From: the human T2T-CHM13v2.0 reference genome, Homo sapiens
Length of the DNA: 64,000 nucleotides
Assembly (NCBI RefSeq): GCF_009914755.1
Contig: NC_060939.1
Reading direction: 5' to 3' (one strand)
Under the pieces are notes generated by a model. The model was not told the origin of the DNA. It saw only the letters and a program-made list of their open reading frames with translations, and ran no database searches. The position numbers and the translations under genes were made by a program. Below are positions 1 through 14,740 of this stretch, in pieces (within the stretch, counting starts at the first letter, position 1; the number at the start of each line of letters is the position of its first letter).

Positions 1-679
1 TTTTTTCCAATCCCACAGGAGAGGAGGATGGCTGATGAAGGTTCTTTCCCTCCACCTAGAAAGATTTAAAGAGTACTGACCTGTCTTCGTCTGTTTTCTG
101 TTGCTGTAACAGAGTACCATGAACCAGGTACCACCACCCTCCTACACCATCCCTACTCTCTGCCTCTGGATCTCTGAGAACCTTACGTTATGAGTGAATG
201 TGTGTGGAGGGGGATTGTCCACTGGAGTCGTCAGATAATGACTAAGTCTGGGGGCTCACGTGGGCATCAGTCCTGTGGATGGTCACTGGGCAGTGTGCTG
301 GCTACTGTTGATCAAAGGTCCTGCCCAGATGCCAGAGGGAAGGATGACTATTGTGACTCCTCAGCTCTGGCCATGTAGAACACTAATGGAGTCTGGAGTA
401 TCTGACTATCTGTAGCACTGACTCAGTTCTGTTTGTCTCCCTGGTGCTGGGGGTGACTGCTTAGAGGAGGTGGGGCGTGGGGGTGTATCTCTGGATGCTG
501 TCTGTGTTTCTGTCCACATGGTCTCTCCAAATAAAGGCCCTTTGTGAATTGCCCTCATCACTTTTCTTTCATTGCTGTCATTCTAGGAGTGGGAACAACT
601 GTGCCCAATCACATATATTCTTAAATCTTTTCACCATATTCTTGTGAGGTAAAAATTGCTAGTGCTCACTCATACCTGG

Positions 680-1345
680 TTCTCCTTTCCTCCCTGGCAC
701 AAGTGAAGTTGAAACTTACCAGCCCATCTTGTAGTTAGGTGGAGCCATGTGACCTGTTCTAGCCAATACAATTTGAATGGGAATAGTATTTCATATTTCC
801 AGGCTGTTAGGGACTGAATTGTCTCACCCCATCCCCTCAACCCCATTGAAGCCCTAACTTCAATGGGATTGTATTTGGAGACAGTCTTTAAACAAGTAAT
901 TAAGGTTATAATGGTGAGGCCCTAATCCAATTGACTGGTGTCCTTATAAGAAAAGAAAGAAACAGTAGGGATCTGCACACTTCATGTGAGCATGCAGAGA
1001 GTAGGTGGCCATCGGCAAGCCACGGAGAGAAGCCTCCGGAGAAACCAAATCTCTCACACCTTGATCTCGGACTTCCAGCCTCCAGAGCTGTGAGAAATAA
1101 ATTTCTGTTGTTTGAGCCACCCAGTCTACAGCATTTTATTATGGCAGCCCTAGCTGACTGATATACAGGCTGAGGAATTTAACAGTGAGTGTGAGTTCTC
1201 CATTCTCTCTTCCTCTCTTTATTGACCTTCAGGGGATCTGTATTCCAGATGATGTTGCTAAAAGCTAGAATGGGGAGGCCCAACCCAAATAACTTTTCTT
1301 GTGCCAATCCACTGATATTTCTGGTTCAGTTTTGCCGTAGTATAG
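680..1345 (+). mobile_element. Old MaLR LTR (MLT1J/I-like), interrupted by a younger MLT1 LTR
   Basis: Motif 'cccatcttgtagttaggtggagccatgtgacctgttctagccaat'; resumes after 1170; ends approximate. Confidence 0.55.
805..1167 (+). mobile_element. MaLR solo LTR (MLT1A/B-like)
   Basis: 'tgttagggactgaattg' start; 'ggccctaatccaattgactggtgtccttataaga'; 'gacttccagcctccagagctgtgagaaataaatttctgttgttt'; CAGGC at 800-804 and 1166-1170 is TSD-like. Confidence 0.85.
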
Positions 1346-2550
1346 CCCAGCATTCATCAGGCAGACCAACTCAACCTGTACCTCGCCTTTGAAAACAAAA
1401 GCTAAGCATGTGACCATTTGGCTCTGCAATTCCATGGGATGAATCCTCCTTCAGGCAATGGATGCCTCCTGTTTGGATGCATGAATGGGGTTGACTCACA
1501 ACATAATTGAGAATATCAGGGTAAAAGAGTTGGTTAATTGATCGCAATATTATAGTGCTACAATTACATAGGGCCCCAAGCAATCTAAGCGGTTTCCTCT
1601 TAGTGTTCAAACAGCCCTCCAGATCTCAGAGACCTGATGAGATGCTTGAGGTGAAGGTCAAAGGCAAGGTGGGCCTCTGGCATTTCTCTCTTTAATAAGA
1701 ACAAATCTACTTTTGTCTGTGTATGGTTTTGTGTGAGATTTAATTTAAACGAAGAGTTCTGTTGCTAAAGAAAATTTAAAAATCACTCTGGTGTTTCCAT
1801 ATTAAAAGAAATACAGATTTTATGAGTATATGAAGTTCTTGGAGCTTGAAGTTTAGTTTGATTCAGCCAGAGCTCTGTATTGATGGCTTCAAGATCATAA
1901 GCCTCAGTTCAGCTCAGTTCCTTGATCTAGTTGATCTGAAAAACTCTCTGACTCAAGGAAATAGATTTGCACAAAGTGCAAGAGTCATTGTAGGTCTTCA
2001 TGTGTTAATGTTTTAAAAAGGTATTTATGAAAGACACCAATGGCATACGGTGATACAGCAGTAATAGTAAAACCATATCCTGAAAAGACACCTATGTGTT
2101 TCAAATGCTGCTACTCCCCATTCTGTGCAGACATGTCTAGATGATCACAGAATTTATTCCTGCAGAGCCCAGATATAGCCCTACAATTCTTCTCAGTACT
2201 CTGTTCTATGCAGCCCCTTCCCACTAATTCATGTTAACACATGAAATGAGACCCCATTTATCATCTTTATGCATAATTAATAATGATTTGGGGTTTGTTC
2301 ATCTATGTCTTTGAATGCTGGGTTATAGAGCTGTGGTTGAGTTGGTCACTGAGTGATCAGTACTTCTTGAAGCCCATAATGCACATGATGACCATATGTT
2401 TAAAACTTAAATTAGGGATGTATTCTATCTTAAGATCCTAATGAGATTAATGTTTGAAATGAGAATGTATCAATCAGGACCCTGGCTTTATTTAGCTTTT
2501 TAGGTGGCTCCAGTTCTTTCTCAAGACCTCTCTCTTGATTTTAGCTACAA

Positions 2551-2612
2551 TTTTTGTTTGTTTGTTTTGAGACAGGGTCTTGCTCTGTTGCCCAGGCTGG
2601 AGTTCAGTGGTG
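2551..2612 (-). mobile_element. Alu 3' fragment (inverted)
   Basis: (TTTG)n tail then 'tgagacagggtcttgctctgttgcccaggctggagttcagtgg'. Confidence 0.9.
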
Positions 2613-2630
2613 AGATCCATCTCAAAAAAA

Positions 2631-2683
<53 letters not shown>

Positions 2684-2708
2684 AATAAAAAATAAAAAAT
2701 ATATATAC
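2612..2708 (+). repeat. Alu terminal remnant 'gagatccatctc' with A25 tail and (TA)n microsatellite
   Basis: A-run 2624-2648 followed by about 16 TA units. Confidence 0.85.
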
Positions 2709-2763
2709 ACATAACACTATGAAGTAGAGTAAAATACAAGTAGGTTAGAAAATTGTAGCTGAA

Positions 2764-3065
2764 GGCTGGGTGTGGTGGCTCATGCCTGTAATCCAGCACT
2801 TTGGGAGGCCAAGGTGGGAGGATTGCTTGAGCCCAGGAGTTTGAGACCAGCCTGGGCAACATGACAAAACCTCATCTCTACAAAAAATGCAAAAATTAGC
2901 CAGGTGCAGTGGTGCACATCTGTAGTCCCAGCTACTTTGGAGGCTGAGGTGGGAGAGTCACCTAAGCCTGGGGAGGTTGAGGTTGCAGTAAGCCGTGGTT
3001 GTGCCACTGCACTCCAGCCTGGGCAACAGAGTGAGACCCTGTCTCAAAAAGCAAACAAACAAACA
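2764..3065 (+). mobile_element. AluJ-like SINE
   Basis: Full dimer with 'gggaggattgcttgagcccaggagtttgagaccagcctgggcaacat'; TSD agaaaattgtagctga (2747-2762) / agaaaattgcagttga (3066-3081). Confidence 0.95.
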
Positions 3066-3092
3066 AGAAAATTGCAGTTGAGAGAAAGGTAG

Positions 3093-3532
<440 letters not shown>

Positions 3533-4019
3533 TGAGCAGTTAATGCAAGAGAGAAGAACCCATGTCACTATTCCTATTCTTGGTGCCAAGTTCAGGATAA
3601 TGTTGCTATCATGGGCCCTCAAAAACGTAACAAGCCTCGTCCTCAACAACCCTCACTGTTTGGTTTTCTAGGACTATTTCTTTTAATATGCTTTAGTGTA
3701 GGCTGAGGCTTGGGGCAGCCCCCCAATCCAAAAATATGTCCACAAACATGAATTTAAAACACATACGGGATAGTGTAAGATGTCAGGAAGCAATGCCCTT
3801 TAGTAAACATGTTGTGTCCACTGCCCCACCCCCATCACTGAGAATGTTGACCTTGGAGATGAGGGTGTCTCCAATCTCCTTAAAAGGGCTGAGGAATCTA
3901 GCAGTACATGACGTGTGGGACCACGGGGGCAGCAGTAAGGGAGAACACCCTGAAAGAGAAGCTTTACAATTTCTCCGTGAGGGAAATGAGATTTTTCTAA
4001 CCTTACTCCTGCTAGTGAT

Positions 4020-4800
4020 TTTTAAACCAAGTCATAAAATAAATACAAATGTAAGAGAAAAAAGAAAGGAGAGAAAAGCAAAATAACGAGGAAAGGGTAG
4101 AAGTTTAAGAGAATATTAAAAATAAAGCATTGATACTTGGTAAGAGAAAGGTAAAGGGAAAGGAGCAGGATAAATATTACAATCAGAGAATAAAAGCCCA
4201 GTGCAGATAAAAGGTTAAGACATAAAGCCACCGTGAGAGATACGATAAATAAGTTTTAAGATAAGAATACAGAAGAGTGAAATTATTAAAAGAAAATGAG
4301 AGGAGTGAAAAAATAAAGCTAAAATTAAATCCAAGTTAAAAAATTAAGACACTGTGAATAAAAGTTAAAAAGCAAAATAGAAATTAAGAATTAAAAAGTA
4401 ATGACAAGATAATAAGTAAATTAGATTTAAGATAAAAGATGAAATAATATAAACCAACAAGGTAAAAGATTAAATACATCAAAGTGAAAGAGATAAAAGA
4501 TTAAGAGGATAACAGACTAAACCCCATGGGGAGAAACAATAAAAACATAAAAGTAGATGGTTTTGAAGCTTAAGTACAAGATTAAGGAATTAAGAATGTT
4601 CTTTTGGGTGTTAATACTTTAACAAAGAGGATTAAGAGAAAAATATTTTAAAAAGAAAATAAAAGAAGCTTGAATTTAGAAAAATAGATAATAAATCAAT
4701 CCAGATAAAGGAAAGGAGAATTTAAATTAGCACAAACCAAGACAACAAAATTTTCAGCAATAATCACACAGAAAAAAAGCTAAAAAAAACCCGAGTAGGA
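4020..4800. repeat. A-rich, C-poor low-complexity block
   Basis: Hand count 70 A in 120 nt at 4321-4440; recurring ttaaaa/ttaaga/taaaag words. Confidence 0.8.
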
Positions 4801-5149
4801 AACCCAGAATGTTTCCGTGGTAAACAAATACCCAACAACTTCAAAACCAGCATCTATTTATTACAAATTCCCAGCCTGGGCTTTGGTCCCCGCACTGGAG
4901 AGTCCCCTGTTGTATACTAGTGGCATTTATGGCAAGATGAAAGAGGCCAGGCATGCTGTGGGATGCCCTTACTTTTTCATAGAAGCTTGCAATCTCTGCT
5001 TTCACCACTTTCTTTTGCAGTAGTGAAAGGATGGTTGCTCTGTAACTCAACCAGCTGGGGTTGGGGGTTCTGGCACAAGCAGTTGCCAGCCCAAACTATG
5101 CAAACATCTTGGGCAAAAACCACATGGGAAAGTAATTTGTTCTTCAGAG

Positions 5150-6280
5150 AAGGAGGGAAAAGTTGGCAGGGAGATGGGGGATAGGTTTGGGGTTGAGGGT
5201 TGGTGAAGGTGGGGATGGAGAGAGATCAGAGTAGATCGAGGGAGGAATAAGAGGTAGCTCTTCTCAGTGAAATAGGAGTTGAGGTCATTTTCTGAGAGTG
5301 AGAGGGTGAGACCGAGGATGAGCAGAATGAAAATGACTGGGTGCAACTGAGGGGTGGTGAAGTGCCTTGCAACCCAACCCTTCACCCCTAGTTGGGACCC
5401 AGCTGTGATTAGACAGCCTGACTTTGTCTAATGTTACCAGGCAAAATCACACTTCAGTGCTGGTTCTCTTACAAAGTAGGGTCTCAGTGGGTGGAAAGCC
5501 AAGAGCAATTTGGATCCTGGGTTATTAGTAAAAGCAGAATTAAGTGGCGGTTGATCAGAAGTGGTTGATCTTGGGAACTAGCCAGGCCAGAGGGGACTGG
5601 TTGAGTGGAGAATGGGGCTGAATACTTGCTTCAAAACAGTCTCAGTAAGAGAGGGGACTGTGGCCCTAGGCAGAGGTAGCAGTTGGATGGGAGTTTCAGA
5701 GCTAGGGCTTACGCTTTGATGTTTTGGAGATAAAACAGGCTCATGCTCACACAATACATGAGGGTGTTTGAAGGCAAGGGAGACCATTGGGGGTGTTTCA
5801 AGACCATGAAGATATTCACATCTCTGAGGATGAAGGAAGGGTATATTGGCTACAATGATGGGAGCAAAGTTTGGAAAGTCCTGAAGAACATAGGGGAGAG
5901 GTCACATGGAATAATTGATTCAAGAGGATACAAGAGGAGGTGGTGAAGTAGACAAAGAAGGGAGAAATATGTGGATTTTTCCTTCTGGTTTCTCAAACTG
6001 GAGTGAGTAGGAGAAGCAGTGGTCTTCTTTGGATGGCATGGGAAGGGGGCAATGTAGGTTTCAGTTTAGGAGACGAAGTAGAAGGGGAGAGGAGGCAGGA
6101 TCTGAGAGGCAGATGGACTCAAAGAATCTTTCTTCTGATAAGAGCATGGCTGAAGAGAAGAGAACGCTTGATTTAGCCTGGGGAGGGAGAGAGTAGAGTG
6201 GAATAGAGATAAAAGAAATCTAAAAAGAGAATGTGCAGAGTTATTTGAATCTACGATAGCAATTGTGGGTCACTGGGACA
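5150..6280 (-). mobile_element. L2 LINE, ORF2 5' portion (degenerate)
   Basis: 'ttctcagtgaaataggag' gives NDLNSYFTEK in ORF 5047-5385, a typical L2 ORF2 motif; 'ggtttcagtttagg' near 6060 resembles the LTETW endonuclease motif; G-rich plus strand. Confidence 0.7.
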
Positions 6281-6557
6281 AACAGACAGGCCTTGATAGT
6301 GTGGTGGGGAGGGATAGAAGTGTGGGGAGTGTTGAGAAGAGTTTATTTACCATTGGACAGTTTAGTGTAGCTTATCACATTCCAAGTTTTGATATAAACA
6401 CTAAGGATTCTACATACATTGCATATACTAATAATTTAAAGGCAGGGGTTTTTATTGCTTTTTGTCAGGGGGAAGGCGTGGGTGCTACTGGTAGAGGCCA
6501 GGAGGTGGGCCATTTAATAACCCCTTCCAAGTTATGGTGGTTTACAAATATAGTTGT

Positions 6558-6882
6558 GGCTGGGTGCAGTGGCTAACGCCTGTAATCCTAGCACTTTGGG
6601 AGGCCAAGGCAGGTGGATCACCTGAGGTTGGGAGTTCGAGACCAGCCTGACCAATGTGGAGAAACCCTATCTTTACTAAAAATACAAAATTAGCCAGGTG
6701 TGGTGATGCTTGCCTGTAATCCCAGCTACTCAGGAGGCTGAGGCAGGAGGATCGCTTGAACCCGGGGGGCAGAGGTTGCGGTGAGCCGAGATCATGCCAT
6801 TTGCACTCCAGCCTGGGCAACAAGAGCCAAACTATCTCAAAAACGAAAACAAACAAACAACAACAACAAAAAAACCACACAC
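6558..6882 (+). mobile_element. AluSp-like SINE
   Basis: 'cctgaggttgggagttcgagaccagcctgacca', 'gggcaacaagagc'; TSD acaaatatagttg at 6544-6556 and 6883-6895. Confidence 0.95.
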
Positions 6883-6912
6883 ACAAATATAGTTGCAACC
6901 TAAGATAAACAG

Positions 6913-7335
6913 TTCTTTGGTTTGAATATCGTTTGACCCTAGCAGAAGTCATGTTGTCTTGGTCCCCAGGGTAAGGGTGATGAGAGTTGGTGAGACCTTT
7001 AAGAGCTGTTTAGGTCATGAGGAATCTACCCTCATGAAAGGATTAATGCTATCTCATAGGAGTGAGTGAGTTTTGCTCTTGTGGGACTAGATTTGTTACT
7101 TCGAGAGTGGGTCATTATAAAGGGAGGCTGCTTCTCATGTTTGGTCTCTTTACACACTACCTCTTTCCCTTCTGTTTTCCACCATGAGTTGAAACAGCAT
7201 GAGGTCCTCACCAGATGTGGCCACCAGATATTGGACTTTCCAGGCTCCAGAATCATGAGCCAATTAAACCTTTTTTCCTTATGAATTACCCAGTCTCAGA
7301 TATTCTGTTATAGCAACAGAAAACAGACTAAGACA
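6913..7335 (+). mobile_element. MST-family MaLR solo LTR
   Basis: Ends 'ttacccagtctcagatattctgttatagcaacagaaaacagactaagaca'; 5-bp TSD aacag at 6908-6912 and 7336-7340. Confidence 0.9.
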
Positions 7336-8523
7336 AACAGTGAAAATTAAGGAGTTAAGAGTAATTAGGAAGAGTACTGGTTTGAGACTCAGGACACCAA
7401 ATAGGTTATTACAGATAGTTGGTTTGCTAATACTGCTGCCAAAGTACCTTTGATTCCCAGCATATTAGACAATAGATATAAAATATGCCTGTGTGCCTGA
7501 AAAAATTTTCAGGGGCAATAGCTGCTGGCAACTCTTCTGTAGGTAATTACAACACAAATTCTCACACATCTGCTTAGTGGATGGCCCATCAGTGATGCAT
7601 AACAATGATGATTTGTTTCTGGTTGGATGTGTTAAATTGTCAGCTATCAAACATTTTATATGTGAGACTGCTGGGAGTGATGAGATTGCAAGAGCTTTTT
7701 CAAAGCATACCCTCCACAGGATATCTCAGCATCCTGTGCACCATCCAGCATCCATTTCCGTGAAGGATAAGGAATCTGGGCCATCAATTTGAATACCAAT
7801 TAAATGGCTTAAAAATGTCCTGGCACATGTATTGATCCAGAATAACCTGGCTCCACCAAAAAAGCCTTTGGCTACGGTGGGAATTTAAATGCATTTGTTA
7901 ACCAGGGCTCCAGGATGCCCTGGGAGTATGTGGGAAGGGGGCAAATGACCTCTTTTGACATTGGTCCCCTAAGGGAGGGGTTGAGAGAAACTTTTCTCCT
8001 TGAGAAGGAGCTGGAGGGAGTCTTTGAGAAAGTTGGACTAGATAAGTCTTTTTCTTTTTCTTTTTCTTTTAGTAAGTGAGGAAAGGTTAAATAATGTGCC
8101 AAAGGTTGTACAATTAGTTTCTGTTTTAGGCAATGCTTGCACTCAAGACTCTCATCTGATATTTAAAGGATCTTTTTGTTTTCACCACTTTTGTGGAGTT
8201 CATTCTTTGAGATGTTACATACCTAGTCTGCATTCAAAAGGATGAAAAAATGTTGTCATTTTGTTTTATCTGCTCACCTCAAATGTGTGTGTTTGTTTTT
8301 CTGTAGTGTTGCTCTGTTAGGATGAACTGAGATCTCAGGGAATATTGCAAAGTGGAATCAACCCCACAGAAACAAAAGCCCACCTCCTCTGGAGCAGGTC
8401 CTGCTAGTGTACCAATGCGTCATCCAGGACTGAGCAGCTGCTGTTGATGGAGAGAGTGGGCAGGGGTCAGCACTGAGGCCTGAGGTGCTGACCTGAATCC
8501 TTCTGTTGCACGTCCAGTGACAC

Positions 8524-9401
<878 letters not shown>

Positions 9402-10159
9402 GATACACTTGTTTACCTTCATTGAAGAGTAGTTATTGCAAGGCCTTAGTAAGGTGGCATGTTTAGTCCTGCCTCCCCTCGTTAGTGATATAAGCTACTG
9501 TCAAGTGCAAGGATACTCTTTGCCACAGGTGTGAATTAATCTTTGGATAGCTTTACTATTTTACGTTTAGTGCTCATGAGACTATGATAGCCAACAACCT
9601 TCACAGCATCAGTCATGGCCTTGTGTCCCTTGCATGCTGAGGTGATACAATGTTTACAGACAAGCATCTGAAGCGCATTGAGAATAATGAATTTTATCCA
9701 GAGCTGCCAACATTAACAGGTTACCTTCACAGTCAACAGTAGCCTACTAATTTTGCAACTCACAGTTTAGACTTGGAGTACTTGTAAGTTTTACATGATA
9801 TCTCATGAATTTCCTCATGGTTCTGCACATTTTAGAACACTCATCATCCCCTCTATTTGAGATCTATCCACTCAAACATTCAGAAGCAATCTATCTCAGA
9901 CTCTTCCCTCTGCCTAGTCGTGTGAAGAGCAGGTTTAGCAGGAATGATGCACTGGGACACTTGGTCTTGGTGGTTAGGTTTATCAATAATGGTGTCTGCA
10001 TCCAAGGACTGTTTCTGATTTTAGTTCTAAGGAATATACAAGCTGCAAGCAGAACTTGTTAATTGCTTGCAGGATCTGAGAATTATGTAACAAAAGAAAC
10101 CTCAAAGATTTTTACCTCCTTTGATTCTATATGCTAAACAAGCATGAGGTGTCATGGGA

Positions 10160-10320
10160 GGGGATAGTAGAAGTAGCAAAAACTTGAGAGTTAGATGAAT
10201 CTGAGCATCATTACTTACTAGCACATCACCTGGGGCATATCACTTATTTTTCTGAGCCTCAGTTTTATCATCTATAAAATGGAGATAATATCTAATTTGA
10301 AGTATTGTTATGGTTTGTTT
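10160..10320 (+). mobile_element. MIR SINE
   Basis: Core 'tctgagcctcagttttatcatctataaaatggagataata'. Confidence 0.8.
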
Positions 10321-10389
10321 AATAAGGTTGCAGGAGAAATATTCCACACACAGCTGCCTTGTGTTGGAGATGGTTTGAGGAAAGTAAAG

Positions 10390-10580
10390 AAAAGGGACTT
10401 CCTCAGCATTTGGGGAACGTTAAAGGTTTTTAAGCAAGTGAATGATGTGATCACATTTATATGTTGCTGATACTCTGGAGATGGCATAAAGGATAAATTG
10501 GAGGAGGGAAAAGACTGCAGATAGGAGACCAGTTAGGATGACTTCACAAGGTTCCAGGTTGGAGATATGAAGGATAAATT
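10390..10580 (-). mobile_element. L2 fragment
   Basis: 'ggtttttaagcaagtgaatgatgtgatc', 'ggagaccagttaggatg'. Confidence 0.7.
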
Positions 10581-10589
10581 GAAATTTAA

Positions 10590-11325
10590 AGATAATATAC
10601 AACTATTAAAATAATTAAATATTTTCAAGCAAAAGTTGCAATCATCACACGAAGAACTTCTGAATACATCCAGACTCACCAGTTAGTATTTTGCCACCTT
10701 GGCTTTTGCTCTCTTTCAATCTACCTGTTTATATAAAGCTATTATTTTTGCTAAACCATTTGATAGTAAGCTGCAGACCTGCTGCTCCTTTGCCTACAAA
10801 TACTTCAGCATGCATTTCCTAAGAACAAGGATGTTCTTTACATAACCACAGTACAATGACCAAATTCAGAAAATTTGACATTGCAATAATGCTATTATCT
10901 AATACACTTTCCATATTCTAATTTCACCAATTATCCCAATAATGTCCTTTATAGCTATTGTTTTCTCTGGTCCAGGATTTAATCCAGGATCATGCATCAC
11001 ATTTAGTTATCATGTCTTCTTAATCATTTAGCTTGGGACAGTCCCTCAGCCTTTCTTTGTCTTTTTTGACACTGACATTTTTGAAGAGTACAAGCCAGTT
11101 ATTTTGTAGAGTGTCCCTCAATCTGGGTTTTTTTGATGTTTCTTCATAATTAGATTTTCATGCATTTTTGGCAGGAATATAATAGAAGTACATCACACCA
11201 GGAGCTACTTAATGTCAGATTGTCTCATTATTGGTTGTGATAGTAACTTGGTTAAGGTGGCATCTATCAGGTTTTTCCACAAGTTACTATTTTCTCCTTT
11301 GTAATTAAAGAGTTATTTTAGGGAG
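10590..11325 (-). mobile_element. Old L1M 3' end (L1MC4/5-like)
   Basis: 'aatacttcagcatgcatttcctaagaacaaggatgttctttacataaccacagtaca', 'gccagttattttgtagagtgtccctcaatctggg'. Confidence 0.8.
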
Positions 11326-11339
11326 CTGCTTCCCAGCCA

Positions 11340-11640
11340 TTTGCTGAGAATTTATTAAGTCCCAGGAGATATTTGATACTTTATATACTTTATTTCATTT
11401 AACAACTATGAGGAAGTTTATTTTGTTTTTTCACATTAAAAACAGTATGTATTTTATTTTCAAGCATACAACAAACACCAAACTTTTCCAGTGCCAGGAT
11501 GCTTTCCATGAATTGAAGAAGTTTATTTTTGTGTTACCCTCTACTCTTCCTCCCCTGTTTCACAGATGAGAAAACTGAGGCTTGTCTAAGGTCACACAAC
11601 ATGGTTGTCTGTGATCCAAAGTCTGTGTTCTTTACTCATA
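11340..11640 (-). mobile_element. MIR fragments
   Basis: 'tttcacagatgagaaaactgaggct...aaggtcacaca'. Confidence 0.65.
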
Positions 11641-11714
11641 CAGTGTCTCCCAGGACCAGTCAAATATCTAGAGCTCTCAGTGCCCAGACAGGGGCCTCCC
11701 ATCACAGGTAAACC

Positions 11715-12556
<842 letters not shown>

Positions 12557-13934
12557 GAGGGTGGATCCTGATAGAGGAGTTTTTATTTTCCTCAGTGATC
12601 ACAAATTATCTTAAAATGTTTCAACTATTGCTTTCAAAATAAAGAGTGTATATACTCCAGTTCTGCTAAAATCAGTGATTGTTTCTAAAGGAAGGTGGGA
12701 GATGGGAAGGAAAAAAAATAGAGCAAATTGAGAGAGTACAATTTTAAAGAGATAAATATGGAGTGTGTGAATCTGGAACATATGCATGTGCCTGTCAGCT
12801 TGTGAATTAGGAAAAAGCTATAGCAAGAAAAACAAATACCCTTCTTGTGGCCTTTTCTGCTAACAACCTTTTGCATTTTCAACTGCAGGCTTGAAAGGGA
12901 AGGAGTCACACTTTGCTCCTTACCCTAAGGGCAGTCTGGGCTGACTGGGGATGCACCGCCTCTGAGAGAAAAGGGTTCTTCTGACCCCATTAACTGCCTG
13001 TGGAGGCCCAAGCCTGCCCTGAGGCTCTCTGCCCTTGTCTTCAATCCTCAGGTTGACCACCTGCCTCCACCTGCCAGCAGCCTCAAGAGGTAGCCAGGGA
13101 TCAGGCCACTGTAGACAGGGACTGCTGGGTAAGGGCCAGGAGAGCCAAGACCCTTAGCTGGGAGTGTGGGGTGGCCTTGTGGGATAGGACAGCCGGCTGC
13201 ACACAAACGGCATGTGAGGGTCTTGAAGAAAACTGCCTACTTTGCAAAGAAGTAAGGTTTAGTCAGTAAGAATGGGATGAGAGGAAATCAGAAAACTTTC
13301 TCTAGATATCAAATGGGATATTATAAGTAGGCTGGAACCTAATTATTTTCAAGGAAGAAAGAGAAGCCAAAATAATAGATGCTGCAGGGAAAATGTTGCG
13401 TTGGATAGTCTGAGGCTCCCCAGGACTCGTGAGAAGGCTGAGCGATAGGATTGCCCCGGGAGATGGCCAACTCATCACTTTCAGCAGAGTCACTTAATAG
13501 CGGAATCAGCCCAGGAATTGGATAGATACCTTGAGACAAGCCTCCTGTAATGTGAGTCACTCAGAGAAAATGAAAGGAAGCCGAAGCAAGAGAAAGGGAA
13601 GGGAGGGAGGAGGAAAGAAAAAGAAGAAAAAACGAGAAGCTAATGACAAGATAGAAGATGTACACTTTCACAATCAGTCTCCTTAAAGTTTTGGACAAGA
13701 ATGTTTCAAATTAAAGAACAGGGTCGGGCAGTTTGCTCAGTCAAGAGATGATAATACTTTGATAGAAGCAATTCTCTTTGAACAAATAAGTGAATATATA
13801 TATAAAATAGGAAACAAATAATTATAGACAAATTTGGGTTTATGTCTTAGTAAGATATTCATTTATAAAAATATTTGTCACTGTTTCATTCCACTGAACC
13901 CACGGCTGCAGTCACCCCAAAAGTGGCATCAGGG

Positions 13935-14380
13935 GAGTTCCCACAAGGGAGTGCCCCAAACTATCCCTAAATGGAGTCGTTTAGGATTCCAAAGAAAGAG
14001 GCACTCAGTGCCAGGGTGATCAGTCGAAAGCATTTATTAGGGGAACTTACGGAGTGCTGCAGCAATCCTTGCCACAGACAGTGAGAAAGGGCTGTTCTAC
14101 CGAGGTATGTTCCAGCTAGGGAGTGGGGTATGGAGTTTACATGAGGGTTTAAGGAATTTGGCTCAGGGCTGGGGCTAGTTTCTTTTATGTTTTGGACAAC
14201 AACCTAAACACCTTTTTGGTGTTTAGAGCCTGGTGTTTGGAGCCTGGGAATGTTCAGGGCTCCAGCCTGGGTTCAAGCCTGCAGGGAAGAACATGCAGCT
14301 GCCCAGGCAACAGAGCATTGACGGTACACTGTATTTCTTGGTCAGGACAGAAAAAAAGTGGGGAATCCTGGGGCACCGTC
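13935..14380 (-). mobile_element. Probable ERV solo LTR, family not assigned
   Basis: Minus-strand AATAAA ('catttattagggg' near 14033) and LTR-like composition; termini uncertain. Confidence 0.45.
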
Positions 14381-14599
14381 CGGTCACTAGGCAAATGTGA
14401 GGCATGTATTGCTGTAATCCTATTTTACGGTGTGGATGGCAAGATTAAATATTATTTCTGTTTAACAGGTTCATTGCCACACAAGAGGTAGAAGCAGGCA
14501 GTGATCTGGGGTGGCCGCATCGGTCCCATCTTCCATTCTGAGCTCTGCTTCTCAGCTCCAGCTCAGCTCTTTGTGTTATGATTGGTTCTCAGCCTTGGG

Positions 14600-14740
14600 T
14601 GTGCACTGGAGTTCTTTGAGGGGGATGGACAAAAATACCAGTGTCAGGTCCCACCCCAGATCAATTCAACCAGAACTCTGGGGATGGGACCCCAGCATTG
14701 GTTTTTTATTATTGTAAAAGCTCCTCAGGTGGTTCTAATG
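14600..14740. mobile_element. MER5-like hAT-Charlie relic
   Basis: 'caccccagatcaattcaaccagaactctggggatgggaccc', 'aaagctcctcaggtggttctaatg'. Confidence 0.75.

Noticed and set aside
130-560. Possible terminal exon or LTR (TGACTCA 419, AATAAA 529)
   Set aside because: No poly(A) tail, TSD, clear acceptor or recognisable family
7390-7800. THPTRNKSSL peptide reminiscent of a CR1/L2 endonuclease PTR motif
   Set aside because: Single weak motif; other EN motifs not recoverable by eye
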